Below are positions 50,385 to 63,041 of a stretch of DNA of 64,000 nt, piece after piece. This stretch comes from Squalus acanthias (taxonomy: Eukaryota), in the NCBI GenBank assembly GCA_030390025.1, contig CM059431.1, forward strand, positions 108,750,001 to 108,814,000. Reading direction: 5' to 3'. The notes beneath the pieces were generated by a model. That model had not been told where the DNA came from. It worked only from the letters and a program-made list of their open reading frames with translations, and ran no database searches. Numbering within the stretch: the first letter of the stretch is position 1; every line of letters starts with the position of its first letter. The translations under genes were made by a program, and so were the position numbers.

Positions 50385-50930
50385 AGGGGCAATTTTAACC
50401 CTGCCAGCCAAATGGAAACCGAACAAGTGGGCAATTTAAATAGCTTGTGGAACTTACCCACACCAATCCCACTATCTTCCCGTGCATTCTGATCTTAAGT
50501 TACTCCTCCGTGCAGGCCGAGAGGGATACCATCCGAAGCTAGCAGGATTCTTTTTTAAATGTGCACATCATGTAATCAGGGTCAGATTGCAATTTTAACT
50601 GAAGGCGTGCGCTGCGAAGTTGTTATGGTTCCCCACCAGGCCAACACAGTGGGAAGAGGAGTCAGGGCCAGAAAAGGCACGAAAGGTCAGTCGGTCTTCT
50701 TTCCCCCCCCACCTTCCCCCCTCCCCCTCCACCCCCGACGGGGGTCTCCTGCCAACCAACATCATGCTCCCGCCCACTGGCCAACTGCTGCTCCCTGCTG
50801 GGTTCGGGCGGGACACTATGAAGGCCTATGCAGATGAGGCTCAAGAGTTAACCTTTCCCAACCCTCACTGAGGCTCCTGAGATCCAGGTGGTGTGCCTGT
50901 ACGACTGCCACCTCCAGTTCAAAAATTGAA
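50385..50930. mobile_element. Degenerate Harbinger-type non-autonomous element
   Basis: Starts GGGGCAATTTTAACC like the 16414 MITE; weak right end. Confidence 0.4.
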
Positions 50931-53536
50931 GCTGAAGTCCCTTTGATAGAAACAGAAGAGGAAGGGAGAGTAGGAATGAGAGAGAAACTGGTTGCGGCCT
51001 CTAATCACCCACCCTTGGGGAGAATAAAAGGGAGTGGTTGGAGGGATAAGGATTAGATGAGTGACGGCAGAGCAAGGGGAAGAGAGGATATAGGGGTTGA
51101 GTGAGTAGTTCATGGAGGAAAGAGGTAGGAGTAGTGATGGGTGTTAAAGGGTTATAAGAAGGGTAGTAGAAAAGTAAAGAGGTGGGGCACTGGATGGGAG
51201 TGAGTGATTGGGGAAGATATGGCAAAGGAGACATAGAAGGCCACACTTGCACCACAACTCCCATGCCAAGTACAGTCTGCAGCATTCGGTGGATCCTTCC
51301 CCCATCACACCACACCATACCATCCACAATCTTCCACTCAAAAGGAAAGAACAGAGGGATAAGCCGAAGAGAATAGACAGAACAGTTCAAAGAAGAGGTA
51401 AAAAGAGAGATGCAGCAGAGAAGAGTGAGAGACAGAGGCCGAAACAGAGAGACAGAAGAGAAGAGGCAGAGACAAAGCAACATGAAGAGAGAGGTAGGAG
51501 AGCAGCCATATTCTCTGACTAACTAATGTTAATCAAAATCGCCGGGCGGGAAACCCAGGGGATTGGCTGGTACATTGGTTTTACACCCCCCGCGCAATAT
51601 TATTCTCCATTGACGTCAATGGAGAGTGAAATGGGGCGGTGTGTAAAACTAGCGGTGCACCCAATCCCTTCGATTTTCCAACAGACGGGTTAAGATAAAA
51701 TTGTCTCCTGTCAACGCCATGGGAAATTGACTAATATTGTGTAAGGTTTCCAAAATTTACAGATCCCCAAAACCTAAGGAAAAAGGACTTTGGAACTACT
51801 TCAGAGTGATAAAAATGCATTTGGGCCTAACCTAAGGTATACAAGACCAAAACCCAAGTTTTGGCATTTTAAAAACATGACTGGGCCTGTAAAGGGAGAA
51901 AAGGCTGTGAAGGAAGTTGGGAACAACCTCTGTAAAAGCAGTTTGGGTATTGCAGTTAAATTGCATTGTCCGGGGAACCAGGATGACCTCACTCAAAGCC
52001 CCAGCACGCATTAACATTTTGACAATAGACCCTAGGAGAAGACAGTCCCACCCAAAACAACAGGTCCCATCAAACCAATTACAGGGCCCATCAAGAAACA
52101 TGCATAATACAGAGCACCCAGGACTAGGCTATAGATCAGCCTAGGAACCCAAAACACAAAACCCATCACCAGCAATCAGCCAAGAAGATCGACAGGATGC
52201 AAACCATCCCAAAAACCCATTTGACACTTAGAGCAGTTACTGGTAGCAGGCTCGCCAAATTCAGACAATGAACTGAACAGATTTGGCGGGTAGATAAGGC
52301 CATATTTCAATGGGTCAGATTGAAGGCCAGTTAAAACCCAGTTAACGTGCTAGTAAATCGTTACCGATTTACGAGCCCGCCAAAACTAGACAATGAACTG
52401 AACAGATTTGGCGGGTAGATAAGGCCACTTCAATTCGGTATAATTGAAGGCCCTCCAAGCACACACCAGGCAGGAAGGAGAGCTAGCTAGAAGAGGAGAG
52501 AAGCAACACAGTTCAGCGTTCGTTGGGTCGAGCAGTCAGTCGCAACCGGTGGTCATCAGAAGGAGGAGAGACCAAGAAGAAGAAGGCCTGAGCTGGAAGC
52601 GAGTCGGCATCGCTCACCACTCAGACACACCTGAGTCCAGCTCGCGAAGACACCACCTCGACGGACCCCCAACAACGGCCCCAACACAGTCACCCGGAGC
52701 AACAAGCAGCAACAAGTCACTGACGGCTCCATGAGGTCGACCGACACACCAACCAAGGCCTAAAGCCATCGCGGAAACCAAAGGCCTCACAAAACCAATA
52801 ACCGTGCATTACCCCCAACTGACCGGGTAATCGCAGGCCACCGCGACCAACAAAGACCAACTCCAGGGAAGAAAACCCGAAGAATCGCAAAGTTTCCACA
52901 CTACAAACTATTCCTGACTTACCCCTGGGTAAGATCTTCCCCAAAGACTCTAAGCCCTACTGCTCAACTAAAGAAATTGGGTACTCACCAGATAAATCTA
53001 TAACGATATCCTACCGCATCAGCGGACTCGCGAAGACTGACCAGAGACCCAGGTGAAGTCCTCTACCGCGTACGGGGTACGGCAGACACTAACCGCCATA
53101 AACAGCGAACCCCAAAACCGGGATTTAGCCCAACTGTCAAACGATTGGTGAGCATTATCCCTGGTCCTTCAAAACCTAAAGTGGGGTTGGGAGGGGTTGG
53201 GAGGGGTGAAGTATTGTTCTACTGTCATTTCCCTCGCTTGTACCGAAGTGTTCCCCACCTTTAGAGTGACAAGCTTTCGGAGCTATCGATCGCCCCTTCT
53301 TCAGGTAAAGTTACTATGAGTGAATCTACAAAAATTCACAGAATATAAACACAGAAAAAATGCAGAGATACAATCTTTCCTTACATCAAAGACACACCAA
53401 GAGCACAGCCAAGACAATGAGATGTGTCCCAGGGGGTCCAACGTGTCAAAACCTGCTGTCTGCATATCCTCTCCATTTGGGTTTGTTTTTTGTGTTTGTT
53501 TTTTAAAAAACTGGAAAGACAGACAACGATGTCAAG

Positions 53537-54142
53537 TCACGTTCTGTAGCGTGACATGAACCCGATATCCCTATTGAGGCCGTCCTCATGAGTGCGGAAC
53601 TTGGCTATCAGTTTCTGCTCGATGATTTTGCGTTGTTGTGTATCTCGAAGGCCGCCTTGGAGAACGCTAACCCGCAGATCCAAGGCTGAATGCCCTTGAC
53701 TGCTGAAGTGTTCTCCGACTGGGAGGCAACCATCCTGCCTGGCGATTGTTGCGCGGTGTCCGTTCATACGTTGTCTCAGTGTCTGCATGGTCTCGCCGAT
53801 GTACCATGCTCTGGGGCATCCTTTACTGCAACGTATCAGGTAGACAACGTTGGCCGAGTCACATGAGTATGTACCATGTACCTGGTGGGTAGTGTCCTCA
53901 TGTGTGATGACGGTATCTGTGTTCATGATCTGGCATGTCTTACAGAGGTTGCCGTGGCAGGGTTGTGTGGTGTCGTGGTCGCTGTTCTCCTGACAGCTGG
54001 GTAATTTGCTGCGAACGATGGTACTTTTGAGGTTAGGCGGCTGCTTGAAGGCGAGTAGTGGAGGCGTGGGGATGGCCTTAGCAAGGTGTTCGTCGTCATC
54101 GATGACATGTTGAAGGCTGCGAAGAACATGGCGTAGTTTCTC
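53537..54142 (-). pseudogene. Penelope ORF C-terminus (CCHH linker and GIY-YIG endonuclease), 5'-truncated, frame open
   Basis: PCHGNLCKTC..NVVYLIRC..WYIGETMQTLRQRMNGH..EQKLIAKF..GLNRD. Confidence 0.88.
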
Positions 54143-54145
54143 CTC

Positions 54146-54658
54146 TTCAAGCAGCCGCCTAACCTCAAAAGTACCATCGTTCGCAGCAAATTACCCAGCT
54201 GTCAGGAGAACAGCGACCACGACACCACACAACCCTGCCACGGCAACCTCTGCAAGACATGCCAGATCATGAACACAGATACCGTCATCACACATGAGGA
54301 CACTACCCACCAGGTACATGGTACATACTCATGTGACTCGGCCAACGTTGTCTACCTGATACGTTGCAGTAAAGGATGCCCCAGAGCATGGTACATCGGC
54401 GAGACCATGCAGACACTGAGACAACGTATGAACGGACACCGCACAACAATCGCCAGGCAGGATGGTTGCCTCCCAGTCGGAGAACACTTCAGCAGTCAAG
54501 GGCATTCAGCCTTGGATCTGCGGGTTAGCGTTCTCCAAGGCGGCCTTCGAGATACACGACAACGCAAAATTATCGAGCAGAAACTGATAGCCAAGTTCCG
54601 CACTCATGAGGACGGCCTCAATAGGGATATCGGGTTCATGTCACGCTACAGAACGTGA
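54146..54658 (+). pseudogene. Penelope ORF C-terminus (GIY-YIG), second copy
   Basis: Same peptide with two amino-acid differences in the 129-aa ORF. Confidence 0.88.
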
Positions 54659-54884
54659 CTTGACATCGTTGTCTGTCTTTCCAGTTTTTTAAAAAACAAA
54701 CACAAAAAACAAACCCAAATGGAGAGGATATGCAGACAGCAGGTTTTGACACGTTGGACCCCCTGGGACACATCTCATTGTCTTGGCTGTGCTCTTGGTG
54801 TGTCTTTGATGTAAGGAAAGATTGTATCTCTGCATTTTTTCTGTGTTTATATTCTGTGAATTTTTGTAGATTCACTCATAGTAA

Positions 54885-54930
54885 CTTTACCTGAAGAAGG
54901 GGCGATCGATAGCTCCGAAAGCTTGTAATT
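54885..54930 (+). ncRNA. Minimal hammerhead-ribozyme-like core (mirror copy at 53270-53310, minus strand)
   Basis: CTGAAGA (54891)-aGGGGC-gatcgata-GCTCC-GAAA (54917), followed by palindromic AAGCTT. Confidence 0.6.
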
Positions 54931-55942
54931 TTAAATAAATCTGTTGGACTATAACCTGGTGTTGTGCGACTTCTCATTTTTGTCCACCCCAGTCCAACGC
55001 CGGCATCTCCGCATCATGACCTTTAGAGTGATAAGAGTGTTATTATTTGTGTCTTACCTTTTAATAAAGATTGAAGTTCTTTCATCAAACTCAGTTGTCT
55101 GCTGCACCTTTTGTATCACAACCCCCAAATAAGTCCAAGGTCTAGAACCAAGGGAGTGGGAGCGATTCGAACCGCTCAGAAGTCAGAGGTAAAGATGACA
55201 CAAAAACACCACCCCCTACAATTGGTCTTCCATGGCATTGCTCAGGGGGAAGTCAAGACCAAGTGTAGTCTTCAGGTGAAGTAGGGTTAGATAGCAAGAA
55301 AACATTAGACCAGGGTTGCAGGCTTAAAGCAGTCCCGATCCTACATACACCAATACATTCTGCTCTTATTTTTAAATAATGCCACTAAAAAATCCTATGA
55401 CAACATTTATAAGGGAAGCTGCCTATATGACCTTTAATGCAGTAATTACACCTTTCTTCCACTGCTGGTGCTGCAACCCTTTGATAAGCAGGAGGATGTT
55501 TACATAAACAGCCTCCATAATAAAGGAATCTATAATGGGGAAGTTCAAAAAGAAATGTAAGCAGAAAGATGACAGCATTTGTAATTCTATTGGTTTCATA
55601 GTTTTGTTCCCATCCTTTAAAACACAACACTGTTGTAAATTCTATTTAATCATTAACAAGCATTTTCTAGGCCAATTTTGGACATGAATAAATACAAATC
55701 AATAAATTGTCAGTGTTCATTAATGGAAAACACTGTTCAAGTATAAACATTATACGCATAGAGCATTTTATTATAAGCTTTTTAAAAAACTGGTGCTTGT
55801 GAAAATGTTATGATTACTCGATTACATTCAGCACGGCAAGATTGATCTACAAATCATATTTTTCCACAAAGCCATAAAGAAATGTTAACCCAACATTGAT
55901 TTATTCGTGCATGAAGAATTCTTACCACCACTTAAACTGAAC

Positions 55943-56011
55943 GAGAGAGAGAGAGATAGAGAGAGAAAGAGAGAGAGAGATAGATAGGTAGAGATAGAGA
56001 GGGAGATAGAG

Positions 56012-56042
<31 letters not shown>

Positions 56043-56300
56043 TAGAGAGACAGAGAGAGATAAAGAGATAAAGAGAGAGATAGAGAGAGAGATTGAGAGA
56101 TAAAGAGAGGTAGAGAGAGATAGAGAGAGAGACAGATAGATAGAGATAGAGATAGAGAGAGATAAAGAGAGAGATAGAGAGATAGAGAGAGATAAAGAGA
56201 GAGATAGAGAGAGATAGATAGAGAGACAGATAGAGAGATAGAGAGAGATAGAGAGATAGAGACAGAGAGAGAGATAGATAGAGAGAGCTAGAGAGAGAGA
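55943..56300. repeat. (GA)n/(GATA)n compound microsatellite
   Basis: Seen directly. Confidence 0.95.
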
Positions 56301-56404
56301 TATAACTTTTATGAGGGCATTCTTTCATTAATTAAATTTTTAATGCAATTTACATTAACTTTTATAAAGTTTCACTTGTAGTTATTCTTCTCTCAGGAGA
56401 TCAA

Positions 56405-57000
56405 GGGGGAGAAATTTGATGGTGCCCCCTTTGGGGCGTTAACTTCGCTGGGACGCTACTTTTAGCGCCCCGAAAAATTTAGTGCCCTGCGCCGTAAATT
56501 GAGTGGTAGCGCCCCAAGCAGGAGGCAGGGTGCTAATGGAAGTGCTCCCCCTCCTTCCTGGGGCGCTACAACTGAATATCATGGCACTATGTTCAACAGC
56601 GCCATGCGCGTCAGCACGTAGCGCCGTGCCATTGCAGGCCTCCCTCCCATGATTAAAGCATCGGAGCCCTGCTGGACCACCGGGGAGCGGGGTGCCGGGA
56701 AAACAGCCCGGCACTCAAGAGGAGCGCCAGGCTGAGTGATCGCGGCCAACACCCCGAATAAAAAAGGGCAAGGGGGCAGGTGCTGGCAGTCGGCCAAAAA
56801 AAAATGGCCACCTGACACCTGCCCTTTAACTTGCGCCGCTGCGGCTGCAAAAACGCCCCCTGATCCTGTCGGACATATCGTCCGGCGATAGGTCAGTGGG
56901 CGCTACTGAAGTTTACGGCCGGGGCGCTGTGCACGGCAATGACGTCATTGCCGGCGACGGGATATGTTAGCAGTGCCGTGCCCGGGCGATAGGGGCGTTG
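56405..57000. mobile_element. Partial inverted relative of the MITE at 30284-31021
   Basis: GGGGGAGAAATTTG start; reverse-complement similarity (CGCTACTTTTAGCGCCCC, CCTTTAACTTGCGCCGC). Confidence 0.7.
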
Positions 57001-58185
57001 CGGTTAGTGTTGTTGTTGGTGCTACTGGTGTTGGGGCTGATTGTGGTGGGATTCTGAGGACCAAGGTGACAGAGTATAAAGGGCACCGATGCTGATGGAA
57101 TAGATGGCAGGTGAGGTTGAGATGACAGAAGCGATCTGTCAATGGTGAGAGAGGTTTTTCCAATGAGGTAACACTGGATACAGAGTTTGTTCCAAACACT
57201 TGCAAGCTGCATAAAGCTCAATCTGTCTTCCAAATGCAGTAAGCAACAGCTTCTGAGCATGGAAAGTGAACAGCTGTGAAATGGGAGCTTTTATAGACCA
57301 TTTGTAGCTGTCAAGTTAAGAAATCATCCCAGGCTGACACAACTCCCGACCTCCTTACTTGAAATGACCCCCGAGCAGTGGAGAAGCCGTGGGCAAAGTC
57401 TTAAAATATAAAGGTGAGCTTAAAATAGTTTTTAAGTGCCTGTTAACCAGCTCTTAATGATCTAAATTGCCTCCCCCACCGCTTGGTGTCGGGTCTGTTC
57501 AGCGATGACAGACCTGACATCTGGAGACTAGCGTGGAGGAAAAATTCCCCCCAGACTGTTGATTCCGTTGTTCATTGAGGTCCCAGATGCCCTGTTGCCC
57601 TCGCCATGCCATTATCAGCTCGCACTTCCAGCAACTTGCGGGGCAAAAATTTTGAGCTGAAGGGTGAGGGAAAAAGTCTAACTAATGGCCAACAGGGCGA
57701 GGTGCCCCGCTCCAGCAAGATCTGGGCCAATATCACACTGGGAAATGTCCAAGCTACCATTTTCTGAATGTTGCAGTTAGAGCTTAGGTTTAGGCTGAAA
57801 TATTAACAACAATATTGGAGTTCAGTTGATCACATCCAGAATACAATTTGCAATTCTGTATTGAAGCTATTTGTTTATGATGTGTGACTGTATATATTAA
57901 GCATCATTTTGATCATCGTACGCTCATATAAATAATATCTGGGTGATGTGACATGTAATCTAGACAATAATCACAGCAATATTTTATAATATGAAAGGTC
58001 CATTGCCAGTTTATTTTATTGCTGTGACTATTGGAATGTTACCTGTACTATCAAAGTCTGGGGTAACGTAATAAAATAACATGGGAATTCGATTGTGGCT
58101 CCTGGTCAAGCCTATAGTGTACCTGTTTCCCTTCTTTGTTGCTGATACATCTCGAGTACCAATAGATGGAGTCCCTCTATGAATC

Positions 58186-58796
58186 ATAGAATCATAGAAT
58201 GGTTACAGCACAGAAGAAGGCCATTCAGCCCGTCGAGCCCATGCCAGCTCTCTGCAAAAGCACTTCAGCTAGTCCCACTCCCCCGCCCTTTCCCCGTAGC
58301 CCTGCAAATTTCTTTCCTTCAGGTGCTTATCCAATTCCCTTTTGAAAGCCATGACTGAGTCTGCTTCCACCACCCTTTCAGGCAGTGCATTCCAGATCCT
58401 AACCACTCGCTGCGTAAATAAGTTTTTCCTAATGTCACCTTTGGTTCTTATGCCAATCATCTTGAATCAGTGTCCTCTGGTTCTCGACCTTTCCGCCAAT
58501 GGGAACAGTTTCTCTCTATCTACTCTGTCCAGGCCCCTCATGATTTTGAACACCTCTATCAAATCTCCTCTCAACCTTCTCTGCTCTAAGGAGAACAACC
58601 CCAGCCTCTCTAGTCTATCCACATAACTGAAGTCCCTCATCCCTGGAATCATTCTCGTAAATCTTTTCTGCACCCTCTCTAAGGCCTTCACATCCTTCCT
58701 AAAGCACGGTGCCCAGAATTGGACACAATACTCCAGTTGAGGCCGAACCAGTATTTTATAAAGGTTCATCATAACTTCTTTGCTTTTGTACTCTAT
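58186..58796 (-). mobile_element. CR1 LINE 3' part (continues at 63042-63365)
   Basis: EYKSKEVMMNLYKILVRPQLEYCVQFW..; interrupted by the Harbinger element at TAT. Confidence 0.92.
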
Positions 58797-59494
58797 GGGC
58801 TGGATTTTCATAGGGCCGTTGAGGCGGGATTGGAGGCGTGTGGGGGGTTAAAATTGCAGAAACTGGCGGGCGGGCCCAATCCCGCCTCCATTTCGCCTCC
58901 ACACAATTTTCATGAAATCGTGTCTGCTGGTCCCGTCTCCGTCCCGCCTCCAAGAGGCGGGAGAGGCCATTAATGCCCTTAACAAGCCCTAAATTGGCTC
59001 TGTAATGCCATTTTGATAGTTTTTTGCTAGTTTAACCCTTTTCCCACGTGAAGCACGCCTGATCTGAAACACGCCAGTGAAACCTGGCAGGAGCACAAGT
59101 GGATTGCTGACTATCAGCTGCAGCTCAACCATTAAATAGGAGATTTGATCAGCCATCATTTGCAGGCGGCAGAACTTTGTTGTCACAGGTCTGGGGGAAC
59201 TTTTAGAAGGCATAACCACAGCTCTGGAAGTTTGGAGCCTGACACCCATCTACAGTGTGACCTCCTGGGAAACCCCTCTCACCACCCTCATTGAGCGCTT
59301 CCTCAACTGAGGCATATACCAGAGGCATGGGAGCCATTTATTTCCTTCCCTCCTGGGCATCCGATGAGGACAAACACCAGCCGCGGCACCAGTAGAACCA
59401 TGAACAACAGCAGCACCAACAGCAGCAGCAACAGCAGGAGCGCCAAGCTGCTGTTCACCCGCCTGAAGCTGCACAGGCCAGAAGGGGCTAGCGC

Positions 59495-60583
59495 ATGGAA
59501 GGCCGTTGGCGCAGGAGATACCCCCCAAACAGGGTCTGCAGACACAGGGTCAGCTATCTCAACATGTCTGAGCAGCAGTGCCAAAGGCGGCTCCGACTTT
59601 CGCGAGAGGTAGTGGGTGACATCTGCGCAATGCTGCAACAAGACCTGGAGCCCAGAGGATCAGGTGGACACCCCTTACCAGTGGCCGTCAAAGTCACCAC
59701 CGCACTCAACTTTTTTGCCTCAGGCTCATTCCAGGGATCAGCAGCAGACATCAGCGGCATCTCCCAGGCGGCCGCACACACCTGCATCACGCAGGTAACC
59801 GATGCCCTCTTTGCCATCGCGCACAATCACATCCATTTCACCAAGGATCGAGCAAGTGTCACGGCGCGTGCGGTTGGATTAGCTAATCTGGCAGGCTTTC
59901 CAAGGGTGCAGGGCGTCGTTGACTGCACACATGTGGCCCTTAAGGCACCCCATCGCAATCCAGGTATTTTTGTCAACCGCAAGGGCTTCCACTCCCTCAA
60001 CGTTCAGCTGGTGTGTGACCACAAGAAGGAAGTTCTGCATGTTTGTGCCAAGTACCCTGGTAGTTGCCATGACTCCTTCATACTGCGCCAGTCTAGTGTG
60101 CCTCCGCTATTCAGTCCGCCAGACCAACTTCACGGATGGCTACTTGGAGACAAGGGCTATCCCCTGAAGATGTGGCTAATGACGCCGTTGAGGAGCCCAT
60201 CCAACGCAGCTGAGGAGAGCTACAACTCCAGCCACATTTCCACCAGAACCATAATTGAGCAAACCATCGGTATGCTGAAGATGTGCTTCAGATGCCTGGA
60301 TAGATCAGGTGGAGCCCTGCAATACTCAGCAGCCAGGGTCTCCAGAATCGTCGTGGTTTGCTGTGCACTGCACAACATGGCACAGCGTCGTGGCTTGCAG
60401 ATGCCGGAGGACCAAATGGCTCCTCGCATAGCCTCCTCAGATGAGGAGGAGGAGGAGGTGGAGGAGGAGGAGGAGAGAGAGAACGAACAACTTGCAGAGG
60501 CCCATCAACCAGCGGCAGCATTACGCGAGACCATAGCTGCCCGGAATGCGAGGAACGCACTCATCTTGGCCAGATTTGCTTAG
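59495..60583 (+). CDS. Harbinger DDE transposase (HARBI1-family fold), 362-aa ORF; ancestral start probably at 59327
   Basis: [14 protein letters not shown] region; [56 protein letters not shown]; acidic tail. Confidence 0.92.
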   Translation: MEGRWRRRYPPNRVCRHRVSYLNMSEQQCQRRLRLSREVVGDICAMLQQDLEPRGSGGHPLPVAVKVTTALNFFASGSFQGSAADISGISQAAAHTCITQVTDALFAIAHNHIHFTKDRASVTARAVGLANLAGFPRVQGVVDCTHVALKAPHRNPGIFVNRKGFHSLNVQLVCDHKKEVLHVCAKYPGSCHDSFILRQSSVPPLFSPPDQLHGWLLGDKGYPLKMWLMTPLRSPSNAAEESYNSSHISTRTIIEQTIGMLKMCFRCLDRSGGALQYSAARVSRIVVVCCALHNMAQRRGLQMPEDQMAPRIASSDEEEEEVEEEEERENEQLAEAHQPAAALRETIAARNARNALILARFA

Positions 60584-60840
60584 CCTAGACAATCAAGCAC
60601 TTTTGCCTCACAGCTTCTTACCAGAGTTACGACAATGGCCCAGACCCAGCGGATCCCTAACAATTTGAACACCATACTGACAATTGCAAGTTATCCGAAG
60701 GCCTCATTGTGGAAGTTCCATTAGCGAAATGACAGACGCAACAACTGCAGCTGTAGCCATCAGAGTTTTTATTTACACTTAACACCTGATGGCTTTTTTA
60801 AATTAAACATCAAATTTCACCCAAGTGACTACCCTTGTGA

Positions 60841-62763
60841 CTATTTGTGCAGTATCTTTTTCTTACGCATGCTCCTATGTGGTGCTCCCCCTGTGGCTTC
60901 AGCAGATGTGGAGGCCCCCAGCTCAGTTTGTTGCTGCTCCTGTCTCGACACCTTTGGCGGGCGACCTCTGGGGTTGCGAACCTGCGAGAGCTCGGCAACA
61001 GTCTGCTGCTCCTGCGGCTGGGCAGGGGTTGAGACGCCGATCTCAGTTGGGTGCGGACTCTGGTGGGGCTCTGACCGAGGACTTGTCAGTGGCATGGAAG
61101 TGTGAGCGCTTGGAGAGGAGCCCCCACCTCCTTGTTGTATGCCACCAACATCCCTCTCATAGGTCAGGTCTCCCTCAGCGCTTGCAAGTGGATTGAGAGC
61201 ACCTTGCTGCACATCAGGGGGGCCATGGGGACCCGTATCTGCACTGGCAGTCCTACTCAGAAGGACTTCCATGAAGGTCTGGTTTCTCTGTTCAATAGAT
61301 GTCCATCGCTCCTCCAGAGATGTCATTCTATTCAGACACTCACCATGTTTTCTGCACTCTGGCGACTTATCACCTCCATGGAGGTTGCAATCCTTTCCAT
61401 GGTGATGCGTTCATGCGCCAATGACTCCACAAAGGCTCTGCTCATGTTCGCTATGTCTCCTCCATTCGTTCCACACTCGCAGCGACCCTGGAGACAAAAC
61501 CTGTCAGAGACTCCTGCATCTGTTCCTGGAGTCCCAGCACTGCTGATCTTATGGATGGCCCCAGAGGCAGAGGGTCGACATGCAGCTGAGCCGAGCTAGG
61601 AGAGTCCTGCGCCCTCCGATTAGGACTCTCCACTGCTGTTCCTGTCTCCACCATCTGCTGATGCTCACTTGTGAGCTGTGATACACCAGGTGACAACACT
61701 ACTCTATGTCCCGAGGGTCCCACCGAGGTGTGAGTCTCTGCGCTAGTGCTGGGTGCGCTGAATTCTGCTGACGCTGCGCCCTCAGAGGTTGCAGCTTCCT
61801 CTGAGGATTCTGGATGCTAAGGATCTTCCTCCTGGCTAGTGGGGACGGGTGCTTGCGATGGTCCTGTGGAGGAGTAAAGGAAAGAGTCAGAGATGTGATG
61901 CCAAGGTTACATGCACATTGCATATTGCAGATGATCATAAATCCATCTGTTAGAGCTTCAGATTCATTATCAGCGACTCATGCAATGTCAATGAGAGAAA
62001 TGGAACAATATTCTGTCACCAGCTTGCTGTGATGCACCCGTCTGTCCGTCCCCCACTTGCGTATCCTCCTCTACTCCCATGATCTCCAGGACCGCATCCT
62101 CCCAGGGGGTGAGCTGGGCTAATGAAGGTGGCCCTCCTCCTGTCCTGGCTCTTTCCCTTTTATTGTGAGCTCTCTTTTCCTGCAATGAGGGAGACAAGTG
62201 GAGTTTGAGTGAGATTGAAGGAGTGAGTGTAGAAAGTCCATAGCATAGATGCTTAGAAGGAGACAAAGATGGAGTGAGGTGACGAGACCAATGGCCCTCC
62301 CTGTGTGTTGTAAGTTGTTTTCATAGCATGACAGTGATAGGGAGTGTGAGGGCTGCATAGTCGAATAGTAAGGTGAATGTGACCATAGAGGGAGAGGGAA
62401 TGGGTAAGGGTGCATGGATGTCAGTGTCAAGTGGGATATGGAGGAAGAGGTTGCTAAAGCTGAGTGCTGGTGAGGAGAGGCAATGGGGATCAGATTGAGG
62501 GTGAAGGGAAAGTCATACTCACTTTTGCAGTACGTAGAAGGTCATGAAACCTCTTCCTGCACTGGATCCAGGTTCTGCAGGGTGATGGATAAGGAGTTGA
62601 CCTCCTGGGCAACCTGGACCCACACAGCCTTGGTCTGCTGGGGAGGCTTCTTCCTCCCTGAGGAGGGGAAGAGCACCTCTCTGTTGGCTCTTGCTCCCTC
62701 CACCAAAGCTTGCAGGGCAACGTCATCGAACCTGGGAGCAGACCTGGGTCGTTGGCTGGCCAT
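60841..62763 (-). pseudogene. Harbinger Myb/SANT-like DNA-binding partner gene, 3 exons (62763-62523, 62179-62020, 61863-60841), disrupted
   Basis: MASQRPRSAPRFDDVALQALVEG..WVQVAQEVNS../RTWIQCRKRFHDL; EKRAHNKRERARTGGGPP; GT-AG sites in phase; frameshift in exon 1 and TAG at 61817-61819. Confidence 0.85.
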
Positions 62764-63041
62764 TCCTCCTGCAGTTGCCTCTAGAATAGAGGTCCAAAAG
62801 CTTGGCAGCCTGCAGAAGAAGCAAGGCTTGTTGCAGACCTTAAATGCAGCAGCAATGATGACGTTATCGGAGGCGACTTTCAGTCTGGAATAACTCATTG
62901 GCCATGGGTTCCCACACGTTGGAACTCAATTGGCCAATTAAGTTAAAATCGCATCATTCATCCACATCGATCTAGATTCGGGTGGGCAACCGAAAAGCGG
63001 ATAACACGACCCCAACCCGCCCCAGTATCAAAATCCAGCCC

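Larger units (their letters stand above)
53270..55018. mobile_element. Penelope-like insertion in inverted (palindromic) arrangement
   Basis: Arms 53270-54050 and 54145-54925; TSD ACCTTTAGAGTGA at 53257-53269 and 55019-55031; GIY-YIG ORFs on both strands. Confidence 0.92.
51740..55220 (+). mobile_element. Solo LTR (about 1.7 kb without the nested Penelope insertion)
   Basis: TGTAAGG...CCCTACA ends; 4-bp TSD ATTG (51736-51739, 55221-55224); 40-bp direct repeat at 52263-52302 and 52388-52427; TATA-like at ~52438; AATAAA at ~55064. Confidence 0.8.
58797..63041. mobile_element. Full-length PIF/Harbinger DNA transposon (4245 bp)
   Basis: Perfect 12-bp TIR GGGCTGGATTTT/AAAATCCAGCCC; TSD TAT (58794-58796, 63042-63044); convergent transposase and Myb/SANT genes. 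Confidence 0.96.

Noticed and set aside
53270..54925. Palindrome as an assembly artefact
   Set aside because: The arms differ at several sites and in length, and a clean 13-bp TSD restores the LTR; long reads are still needed for certainty
55885..56328. Ser/Leu-rich ORF
   Set aside because: Translation of a (GA)n microsatellite
59495..60583. Domesticated HARBI1 gene
   Set aside because: Flanked by TIRs, a TSD and a Myb partner and inserted in a LINE, so it is a transposon copy; no gene symbol assigned
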